From the sequence record SRR31156797_9120: 34,936 bases of DNA. One strand, 5' to 3'. Every line of letters begins with the position of its first letter. Position 1 is the stretch's first letter. Of the stretch, positions 27,064 through 34,936 are shown piece by piece. Position numbers and translations under genes: made by a program. The notes under the pieces are model-generated. The model had not been told where the DNA came from, made no database searches, and saw only the letters and a program-made list of their open reading frames with translations.

Positions 27064-29433
27064 CTAGCTACCTGCTTCATTAGATATAAGATGCTTATAT
27101 TTATTGTATAAAAATGAGATAATTAGAAGCAAAACACCTAGAGAAACAAAAACAATCACCTTTGAAATCGTATTTAGGTGAGTTAGATCGTAAAAGAATA
27201 ACTTAATTAAAATTACTCCAAATAAAGAAATGGCTCCCAACCGCAGATGCTTTTTCTGCTGGGCTATACCTAAAATAATTAGGAGTAAAGCATATACTCC
27301 CCATGTTAAACTAAGTCCAAGTTTGTATGAATGAGCTGCGTCTGCTACATCCATCCAATGAAGAAGTTCGCTACTTGTAATCCATAAAATAATAGTATGC
27401 AGAAGCAGATCAAAACAGACTTTAATGGACGGCTTGAAAAATGTTTGCTTTTGATGAAAGTAGGATGTAACAACCGAAATGGCAATAAATACAAAGGAAA
27501 TATACCTTATATAAATATTCATAGTCCCAATATGATAATAAGAAGCCTGTTTTTGCTGCAAATAACTTACTCTTAATTCGCTTATTTCGTAGAGTGATTC
27601 AAATAAAAATAAAGTAATAGCCACTAACATTAAAGCCATATTTACCAATGCAAACTGTCTGTTTTTAATCCATTTAATATTAAATAGGGTTAGCGCCGAA
27701 ACAAATAAGAGTGAATAATTAATTAACCAAACAGTTTTAAATCTATTTAAGTCGGTATTCCATATTGTATCCATAAACTGATTGGTCAGAGAAGAAATCT
27801 CCTTTTCTGAAGCGATAAATAACTGGTTCCAATAATTCCAGATTTCAAGATAAAAAGTAAAATATACAGATACGATTAAGATAATAGGTATAAGATAAGT
27901 CATGTATTTATAATGAACATTTCCAGTACTTGTATCTGTGTTTACCTTATCCTTATTATGAATATAATTGATAGCTGCAAAAGCGAATACAAACAAAATC
28001 GAACTCAAAAAAACAATATTAAAAACTGGTGTTATCCATGTATCTGGATTTCCTAATTCATAAGTATTATAAAGCGAAGTCCAATCGTGAATAATACTTA
28101 CAAAAGCCAGGAGCATTAATGGATAAGATAGTTTTTCATACACAAAAGCTTTTTTTGTTCTGCCAATCCAAAACATAAATAATGCTTCGCAAACCCATAA
28201 TAAAGTAACCCAATTTCCACTTAGCTGAACAGGAATAGCAATCGTAACAAAAGTAATTACCAAACCCATTATAAAGTACAGTATATTCTTGTCTGCCAGC
28301 CTTTGTTTGTATACTAATAAACCGACTATTAAGTGAATAATGGCATTAGCGAGTGTAAATAAGCCCAGATATGAGGTGTAAATTCCCTGCTCATTTAGAA
28401 TATCATAACCAAATCCATAAAAGACAAATGAATTGGTCAACAAGAGAATAATATCACTTTTTTGAAGCTTTTCGTTTTGAAAAAACTTGTATGCTAAAAA
28501 GGTCAAATAAAAGATGATATAAAAACAGCTTAAAAAGCTTGTGCCTACGACAAAATACTCATCTATTGCATAATCAAAAATGTACCAGGTAAAATAAATA
28601 ATCCATGTAAAAAGAAATGAGGAATAAAAAAGAGGCTTCCAATACTTTTTAAATGAAATAAACAGAATACCGGAATTAATAATCAGCATATAACTCATTA
28701 AAACAATGGCCTCCCCACTATCATCACTCAATAAAAAAGGTACAGCATAAGCACCAACCATACCAATATGTGCAATAACCTGACGATTATATTGTAATGC
28801 AGCTATTACCGTAAAAATCGTAAATACAACCATGAGTATAAAGGAGATGACTTGCGGAAATATAGCATAGAAACTATATGCTGCATAGGTAATAAAATAC
28901 ATAATGGTCATGGCTCCACTTACCAATACTGCACTATAGTTTTCGTATTTAGCTTTAAGTCTGATACCAATTCCTAATAAAGCTATTCCGGCAATATAGC
29001 CCAACACAATGCGCATTAAAGGACTTATCAGCTCATGTTCGATGGAATACTTAGCTCCAATGGCAATGCCAATAATGGTAATAACAATACCTATTTTATT
29101 AATTAAGTTTTCTCCAATAAATTTTTCCAGATCTGTTTTCCCTTTGGGAACATCATTTATCTGTTCAATTTTATGTTCCAGTTCAGATTGTTTCCGCTGC
29201 TGAATTATTTCCTGAAGAATCTTAGGCTGTTCTTTTGGTTCTATATGATCTGCAACTGATTCTTTTACTTTTATTTTAGCACTACTTTCCTTTCTGGCTT
29301 CTGAATCATCTGCTTTTAACTGATTTAACTCGGTTCTAAGCAAATTAATCTCTCTTGAAATATCCTCTTGCTTTTTAACCAGCATATTCAGCCCTGACAA
29401 TAATTGGTCTATTTTGTCTTTTTTGTTTGTCAT
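27064..29433 (-). CDS. DUF2339 predicted membrane protein
   Basis: N-terminal coiled coil, DLEKFIGENLINKIGI, about 20 TM segments and C-terminal KLFFYDL...KVIVFVSLGVLLLIISFLY. Confidence 0.88.
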   Translation of the reverse strand: MTNKKDKIDQLLSGLNMLVKKQEDISREINLLRTELNQLKADDSEARKESSAKIKVKESVADHIEPKEQPKILQEIIQQRKQSELEHKIEQINDVPKGKTDLEKFIGENLINKIGIVITIIGIAIGAKYSIEHELISPLMRIVLGYIAGIALLGIGIRLKAKYENYSAVLVSGAMTIMYFITYAAYSFYAIFPQVISFILMVVFTIFTVIAALQYNRQVIAHIGMVGAYAVPFLLSDDSGEAIVLMSYMLIINSGILFISFKKYWKPLFYSSFLFTWIIYFTWYIFDYAIDEYFVVGTSFLSCFYIIFYLTFLAYKFFQNEKLQKSDIILLLTNSFVFYGFGYDILNEQGIYTSYLGLFTLANAIIHLIVGLLVYKQRLADKNILYFIMGLVITFVTIAIPVQLSGNWVTLLWVCEALFMFWIGRTKKAFVYEKLSYPLMLLAFVSIIHDWTSLYNTYELGNPDTWITPVFNIVFLSSILFVFAFAAINYIHNKDKVNTDTSTGNVHYKYMTYLIPIILIVSVYFTFYLEIWNYWNQLFIASEKEISSLTNQFMDTIWNTDLNRFKTVWLINYSLLFVSALTLFNIKWIKNRQFALVNMALMLVAITLFLFESLYEISELRVSYLQQKQASYYHIGTMNIYIRYISFVFIAISVVTSYFHQKQTFFKPSIKVCFDLLLHTIILWITSSELLHWMDVADAAHSYKLGLSLTWGVYALLLIILGIAQQKKHLRLGAISLFGVILIKLFFYDLTHLNTISKVIVFVSLGVLLLIISFLYNKYKHLISNEAGS

Positions 29434-29488
29434 CGGGTTTCTGTTTTATTAGAAAAGAACACTAAAAAGTAACTATCAGATTTCAAAA

Positions 29489-30055
29489 CTAAGCTATCAT
29501 ATTCACTGCTTGCATAACATTCTGGATGGATTTCACTCCTAAAAAGTTAAAATACTCAATAGATAATTTATCACCTTCTCTTTTTATAGAACGCAATTCA
29601 GCAATCTTTAATAGTTTGTGTAGAATACTATTTTTTAAAACATCTGTATCATTAATTTCATATTTAGAGTACAATGCATACCCATCTTGATATTCTAAAT
29701 CACACCACTTTCTTGTCAGTTTTAAATAAAAGTCCTGCATTAAATTTCTTTTATATATAACCCAAGATTTGTCAATATAAGGCAGATAACCAATCTCTAT
29801 AATGGTATTCTTTGTAACCGTATATTTATTGGAATTAAATGCTACTGTATTTGAGTGTTGCCTCAAACCTTTAATACAATATTTATAGTTTTTATGATTA
29901 AATACTAATTTGTAATCTATAATGCAACCATTTACTTCTCCTGTTATTTCGCCACTCAATTTATTTGTAAACGATTCTAACTCCTGAATCAACCCTTCAT
30001 TATGAATATAGTATTTGCTTTTTTCTTCTCCCGAGTACAGCGCTCTTTCTACCAT
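29489..30055 (-). CDS. Hypothetical protein
   Basis: 188-aa ATG ORF co-oriented with the DUF2339 gene. No recognisable motif. Confidence 0.6.
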   Translation of the reverse strand: MVERALYSGEEKSKYYIHNEGLIQELESFTNKLSGEITGEVNGCIIDYKLVFNHKNYKYCIKGLRQHSNTVAFNSNKYTVTKNTIIEIGYLPYIDKSWVIYKRNLMQDFYLKLTRKWCDLEYQDGYALYSKYEINDTDVLKNSILHKLLKIAELRSIKREGDKLSIEYFNFLGVKSIQNVMQAVNMIA

Positions 30056-30210
30056 TGATTTTAAGGTTATGAATTTGATTTGTGTTCCTAACTATGTTTG
30101 CTTAAAACAAAACTAAAAGTAAGGATAAATTTGAATATTCAAAGCTTACTCTGGTTAACAATAATACAATATGAAGCAGTATATTTTTCACAAGATACCT
30201 AGCCAGACTA

Positions 30211-30296
30211 AAAAACGACCTTTGGTTTTATAAAAAAACACACGTGATTTTTATAAAAATGTAGTGTGTTTTTCTACAAAACGTAAGGTTATTTTT
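30211..30296. repeat. 86-bp imperfect palindrome with 23-bp-periodic TT(T/C)TA(T/C)AAAA cores
   Basis: Arms AAAAACGACCTTTGGTTTTATAAAAAAACACAC and GTGTGTTTTTCTACAAAACGTAAGGTTATTTTT pair at 27 of 33 positions around a central TTTTTATAAAAA palindrome. Cores at 30226, 30249 and 30272. Confidence 0.65.
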
Positions 30297-30506
30297 GCAG
30301 TCTTCTGTAATGCCTATAAACACTGGCATGTAGAAAACTAAATAAATTCGTACAGATTCTATACTTATCAAAGTTTTTAGTAAATAATTATGTTAATATT
30401 TCATGGTCGATTATTTAATTAAAACAAAAGTAAAACCATAGCCTTTATCAATCCTTGATAAAGTATTATCATTGTATTTTGTAAATTCGCAGCAAACAAT
30501 AGATTT

Positions 30507-31022
30507 ATGAGCAATTTTAAAGAAGATTTAATGAAGGTAAAGGCATTTGCCTTTGATGTTGACGGGGTTCTTTCGGCACAAATTATTCCCATGAGTGCAG
30601 AAGGTATTCCTATGCGAACAGTTAATATTAAAGATGGTTACGCCTTGCAATTAGCTATCAAATTGAATTATCCTATCGCCATTATAACCGGAGGAAATAC
30701 CGAAGCAGTTAGAAAACGTTATGAATTGCTCGGTATTGAAGATATTTATATGAGTGCTTCCGAAAAAATGCCATATTTTGAAGATTGGTTACAAAAAACA
30801 GGCTTAAAACCGGAAGAAGTAATGTATATGGGTGATGATTTACCTGATTACCCGGTAATGAAAGCTGTTGGTGTTCCTGTTTGTCCTGCAGATGCAGTGG
30901 AAGAAATTAAATCTTTATGTAAATATATTAGTCACAAAAATGGCGGAGAAGGATGTGCCAGAGATGTTGTGGAGCAAGTTCTCCGAGCACATGGTAAGTG
31001 GGGATTAGATCATACCTGGTAA
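30507..31022 (+). CDS. kdsC: KdsC-family HAD phosphatase (KDO-8-phosphate phosphatase)
   Basis: FDVDGVL, KDGYAL, IITGG, YMGDDLPD, GGEGCARDVVEQVL. Confidence 0.88.
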   Translation: MSNFKEDLMKVKAFAFDVDGVLSAQIIPMSAEGIPMRTVNIKDGYALQLAIKLNYPIAIITGGNTEAVRKRYELLGIEDIYMSASEKMPYFEDWLQKTGLKPEEVMYMGDDLPDYPVMKAVGVPVCPADAVEEIKSLCKYISHKNGGEGCARDVVEQVLRAHGKWGLDHTW

Positions 31023-31032
31023 TTTATTTATT

Positions 31033-31980
31033 ATGATAGCAGTATTTAGATTAGTACGCTTCCCTAACCTGGTGATTATTGCTTTGCTGCAAAGCTTAAT
31101 TCGTTACGGTTTAATTATTCCCATTTTAGCGCATTATGGCTACGAACCAGTTTTATCTGATTTTCGGTTTGCCTTATTGGTTATAGCATCCGTATGTTTA
31201 GCAGCTTCGGGTTATGTTATCAACGATTATTTCGATATTAAAATCGATCGCTTAAATCGTCCCGAAAAAATGGTCATTGATAATGGCATGAAAAGACGCG
31301 AAGCCATGTTCTTTCATGTTTTGCTCTCGTTTATTGGTGTATTTATTGGTTTGTTTTTGGCTTATATTTCTCGTAAAGAATCCTGGGCATTACTATTTCT
31401 GGTTGTTCCTGTTTTTCTTTGGTATTACTCTACCACTTTTAAAAAACAGGGTTTTATTGGAAATATGGTTGTGGCCGGGTTAACTTCGCTAGTCTCTATC
31501 CTGGTGGTTTCATTAGAATTTGCCATGATGGCCCGTGTACATGGAAATCAGATTATTGATTCAGAAGCTTGTTCAACAGCATGGTTCTGGACTTTAGGAT
31601 TTGCTTTCTTTTCTTTTATCACTACTTTAATCAGGGAAGTAGTAAAAGATATGGAAGATATTTACGGTGATGAAAAAGAAGGCTGTAAAACTTTGCCTAT
31701 CGAGATAGGAATTGACTATTCTAAAATGTTGGTTCTAATTCTGACTTCATTTACTGTTGTTTCCATATGGGGACTGTATTTTTATTTTGAAATTTTAAAT
31801 AATTCAAGCCTAACTTTATGGTATTTCTTAGTTCTAATAACGCTTCCTTTTGCATTGTCGTTGATTCAATTGTATAGAGCCAATACGCCAAGAGATTATC
31901 ATTTATTAAGTACTTTTTATAAAATTATTATGCTGGCAGGCGTATTGTATATATTCATAGCCGGATACCTATTTAAATAA
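31033..31980 (+). CDS. UbiA-family prenyltransferase (geranylgeranylglycerol-phosphate geranylgeranyltransferase-like)
   Basis: LVRFPNL, GYVINDYFDIKIDRLNRP, YSTTFKK, REVVKDMEDIYGD...KTLP and 8-9 TM segments. Confidence 0.88.
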   Translation: MIAVFRLVRFPNLVIIALLQSLIRYGLIIPILAHYGYEPVLSDFRFALLVIASVCLAASGYVINDYFDIKIDRLNRPEKMVIDNGMKRREAMFFHVLLSFIGVFIGLFLAYISRKESWALLFLVVPVFLWYYSTTFKKQGFIGNMVVAGLTSLVSILVVSLEFAMMARVHGNQIIDSEACSTAWFWTLGFAFFSFITTLIREVVKDMEDIYGDEKEGCKTLPIEIGIDYSKMLVLILTSFTVVSIWGLYFYFEILNNSSLTLWYFLVLITLPFALSLIQLYRANTPRDYHLLSTFYKIIMLAGVLYIFIAGYLFK

Positions 31981-31987
31981 AACATTC

Positions 31988-32575
31988 ATGATTCAACAAC
32001 ATTTAAATGATTACCAAATCGTATTGGCCTCTAAATCCCCCAGAAGAGCACAATTATTAAATGATATTGGTATACATTTTATAATAGGAAATAAAGATGG
32101 CGTTGAAGAAGTATATCCTGAAGGATTAAGTAACAATGATATTGCCATCTATCTGGCAGAATTAAAAGCCGTTCCTTATAAACAGGAAATTTCTGGTACG
32201 AACAAACTGATAATTACTGCAGATACAATTGTTTGTATCGAAAACGAAGTTTTGGGTAAACCCGAAAACAGAGACGATGCCGTAAAGATGTTGAAAAAAC
32301 TCTCGGGTAAAGTCCATGAGGTTATTACAGGTGTTACTATTCTTTCTGCCCATAAAATGAGATCCTTTGCGGTATCTACAAAGGTGTTTTTTAAAGAACT
32401 GACTCAGGAAGAAATCACCTATTATATTGATACCTACAAACCTTTTGATAAAGCCGGTGCTTATGGAATTCAGGAATGGATTGGAATGACCGGAATAGAA
32501 AAAATAGAAGGTTCCTATTTTAATGTAGTTGGATTACCCATTCAAAAATTATATACTGAACTATTAGCCTTTTAA
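31988..32575 (+). CDS. maf: Maf family nucleotide pyrophosphatase
   Basis: LASKSPRR, ITADTIV, LGKP, LSGKVHEVITG, DKAGAYGIQ, NVVGLP. Confidence 0.93.
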   Translation: MIQQHLNDYQIVLASKSPRRAQLLNDIGIHFIIGNKDGVEEVYPEGLSNNDIAIYLAELKAVPYKQEISGTNKLIITADTIVCIENEVLGKPENRDDAVKMLKKLSGKVHEVITGVTILSAHKMRSFAVSTKVFFKELTQEEITYYIDTYKPFDKAGAYGIQEWIGMTGIEKIEGSYFNVVGLPIQKLYTELLAF

Positions 32576-32624
32576 CTTAGTTTATTAATTGCAACAAAAA
32601 CATATATCTAAAAGAATGACACAC

Positions 32625-34784
32625 ATGAGGAAGATATTGACCACAATGGTCTTACTTGCCGTTTTTACGGTTTCTGCCTTGGCAAAAGAAGGAATGTGGA
32701 TTCCTATTTTACTGCAAAAATACAATATTGAAGAAATGCAGGAAATGGGATTCCAATTAACAGCGGAAGACATTTACAGCGTAAACCAGGCTTGTATGAA
32801 AGATGCAGTAGTTATTTTTGGCGGAGGCTGTACAGGAGAACTTATTTCTAATGAAGGATTACTGATCACAAATCATCATTGTGGTTTCGACGCCATTCAA
32901 AAACACAGTAGTGTTGAGCACGATTACCTGACCGATGGTTTTTGGGCCAAAAGCCGCGACGAGGAATTAATCAACCCTGACCTTACCGTTACTTTTATGA
33001 AACGGATGGAAGATGTTACAGCAAAAGTTATGGAAGGGATAAGTGACACTACTGATATGGCCGATAAAGGTGATATCATCAAAAATAATATCAAAAATAT
33101 AGTTGAAGAAGCTACTAAAGACAATCATTATAAGGCCTTGGTAAAACCTTTTTTCCATGGCAACCAGTATTTTCTATTTGTAAACGAAGTCTATACCGAT
33201 GTTCGTTTGGTTGGTGCTCCCCCATCAGCCATTGGAAAATTTGGTGGTGATACAGATAACTGGATGTGGCCCAGACACACCGGAGATTTTTCTTTGTTCA
33301 GAATTTATGCCGATAAAGACAATAAACCAGCAGAATATTCAGCGGACAACGTTCCTTACAAGCCATTAAAACACTTTCCTATTTCTATTAAAGGAGTGGA
33401 AGAAGGTGATTTTACCATGGTATTTGGTTATCCCGGAACAACAGAACAGTATGTGCCATCTGCACATTTAAAAATGATTACGCAAAAAATCAATCCTGAA
33501 TTAATTAACATTCGAACTCAGAAGCTTGATATCATTAAAAAATACCAGGCGAAAGATCCTGCTGTTAGAATTCAGTATGCTTCAAAAGCAGCACGTATTT
33601 CAAATTCATGGAAACGTTGGATTGGAGAGATTAAAGGATTGGATAAACTTGATGCCATCAATAAAAAAGAAGCTTTTGAAACTAAATTTCAAAGCTGGGC
33701 AAAAGAGTACAACAATGGAGAATACATTAATTTATTAGCCGAATACGAAGATATTTATCCTGATTACACGAGCTACAGATTGGCCTACAACTGCCTTTCC
33801 GAAACGGTTTACCGTAATGGAATGGAAACAGTTCGTTTTGCCGGCTATTTCAAAAAACTAAAAGAAGCTTATGAGGAAGATTCTCTGGATTTAGATAAAA
33901 TCAAAAACATTAAAGCTGATTTAGTTAAGAAAACGAATGCTTTTTTTAAGGATTATTATGCACCTATTGACAAGGAACTAACTACTGCTCTTTTAAAAGC
34001 ATATCAACAAAAATTACCTAAAAAGTTTTGGCCATCTGTTTATCAGGAGATAGAGAAACGGTATAAAAACGACATAGAAAAATTCACCACTGCTTTGTTT
34101 TCAAAGACATTAGTAACTGATAAAGAAAGTGTACTTGATTATATTGAAAACTTTGGTGCTAAGGACATCAAAAAATTAGAAAAAGATCCTGCCTATCGCA
34201 CATTTGAAAGTTTTTACGATGTTTATGCCAATACAATTTACGCTACTTATAGAGCATTCTACAACGATGTACAGGAGCTTAACAGAAAGTACATGACAGC
34301 TCAAATAGCTTTTAGAGAAAATGAGATTTTATATCCGGATGCCAATTTTACCTTAAGAGTTTCTTACGGTCAGGTTAAAGGTTATGAACCTAAAGATGGC
34401 ACTGTTTTTAAGCATTACACAACCATAGATGGTATTATTGAAAAAGATAATCCAGAAATATATGATTATAAAGTTCCTGCGAGATTAAAGGAATTATATG
34501 CTCAAAAGGATTTTGGCAAATATGAATACAAAGGTTCTGTTCCAGTATGTTTTATTGCTACTAATCACACTACAGGAGGAAATTCCGGAAGTCCGGTTGT
34601 AAATGGAAACGGAGAATTAATTGGTGTTAATTTCGACCGTGCCTGGGAAGGGGTTATGAGTGATTTGATGTTTAATCCGGAGCAGTGTCGTAATATTTCT
34701 TTAGATATGCGATATGTATTGTTTTTGATTGACAAATTTGCTGGTGCCGGTTATTTACTCGATGAAATGACAATTGTAGAATAG
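32625..34784 (+). CDS. S46 family dipeptidyl-peptidase, DPP11 type (Asp/Glu-specific, Arg subtype)
   Basis: Signal peptide from ATG 32625, EGMW, GGCTG, TNHHCG, GGDTDNWMWPRHTGDF, HTTGGNSGSP and FDRAWEG (Arg at the S1 specificity site). Confidence 0.9.
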   Translation: MRKILTTMVLLAVFTVSALAKEGMWIPILLQKYNIEEMQEMGFQLTAEDIYSVNQACMKDAVVIFGGGCTGELISNEGLLITNHHCGFDAIQKHSSVEHDYLTDGFWAKSRDEELINPDLTVTFMKRMEDVTAKVMEGISDTTDMADKGDIIKNNIKNIVEEATKDNHYKALVKPFFHGNQYFLFVNEVYTDVRLVGAPPSAIGKFGGDTDNWMWPRHTGDFSLFRIYADKDNKPAEYSADNVPYKPLKHFPISIKGVEEGDFTMVFGYPGTTEQYVPSAHLKMITQKINPELINIRTQKLDIIKKYQAKDPAVRIQYASKAARISNSWKRWIGEIKGLDKLDAINKKEAFETKFQSWAKEYNNGEYINLLAEYEDIYPDYTSYRLAYNCLSETVYRNGMETVRFAGYFKKLKEAYEEDSLDLDKIKNIKADLVKKTNAFFKDYYAPIDKELTTALLKAYQQKLPKKFWPSVYQEIEKRYKNDIEKFTTALFSKTLVTDKESVLDYIENFGAKDIKKLEKDPAYRTFESFYDVYANTIYATYRAFYNDVQELNRKYMTAQIAFRENEILYPDANFTLRVSYGQVKGYEPKDGTVFKHYTTIDGIIEKDNPEIYDYKVPARLKELYAQKDFGKYEYKGSVPVCFIATNHTTGGNSGSPVVNGNGELIGVNFDRAWEGVMSDLMFNPEQCRNISLDMRYVLFLIDKFAGAGYLLDEMTIVE

Positions 34785-34810
34785 TTCGTTTAAAAAATTA
34801 GAATATTTAG

Positions 34811-34847
34811 AAGGTTCCTTGCTTTTATTGCTAAGGAACCTTTTTTT
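34811..34847 (+). terminator. Rho-independent terminator after the S46 peptidase
   Basis: AAGGTTCCTTGC-ttttatt-GCTAAGGAACCTT running into T7. Confidence 0.85.
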
Positions 34848-34936
34848 ATTGATATATCTGTTGTCCCGTAAATAATTTTCTATTCTAATATTTGCCTTTG
34901 TTTATGTGCAACTCCGCTGGAGTTGTAAATAACAAC

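Noticed and set aside
30211-30296. Periodic repeats as a CRISPR array
   Set aside because: Only three degenerate 10-nt cores with a 23-bp period, no repeat-spacer structure and no cas genes.
1557-33738. Short alternative-frame or antisense ORFs in the track (e.g. 1557-1784, 2389-2688, 7157-7360, 7841-8104, 12907-13101, 14320-14514, 16326-16553, 18058-18321, 21643-22071, 23488-23703, 24596-26263, 29009-29203, 32162-33738)
   Set aside because: They overlap longer, better-supported genes and have no motifs; they are typical shadow ORFs.

Overview
AT-rich chromosomal window from a member of the Bacteroidota, probably a marine Marinilabiliales-like lineage. That placement is an inference from the TAnnTTTG/TTTG promoters, the gene content and Phe at the GyrA-87 position. 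It is mostly core genome: the 5' end of a tRNA (probably Lys), an Lnb/DUF4105 lipoprotein N-acyltransferase, a serine hydrolase, a group II truncated globin, TPR-gyrA / clpC-TPR, a thrA-apgM-like-thrC operon with no thrB, a DUF2007-USP fusion, an MFS transporter, a PhnP-like hydrolase, uvrA, a DUF2339 membrane protein, kdsC-UbiA(DGGGPS-like)-maf and a DPP11-type S46 peptidase. I saw no transposase, integrase, phage genes or CRISPR array. The strongest feature missing from the ORF track is a complete ribosome-dependent attenuator ahead of thrA: a promoter, a 22-aa leader peptide with 8 Thr (MVYKLYHTITTTTTSTFTPLGV, 17770-17838, minus strand), an antiterminator and a U7 terminator. The best candidate for an undescribed system is at 105-1833. 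There an orphan 390-aa protein (GAF-like region, QLNIF clamp-like motif, coiled coil, sigma54-activator-like lid without an ATPase core, HTH-like end) is divergent from a small basic ORF, and 11-bp-phased ATTA(A/G)G repeats lie across the shared promoter region.
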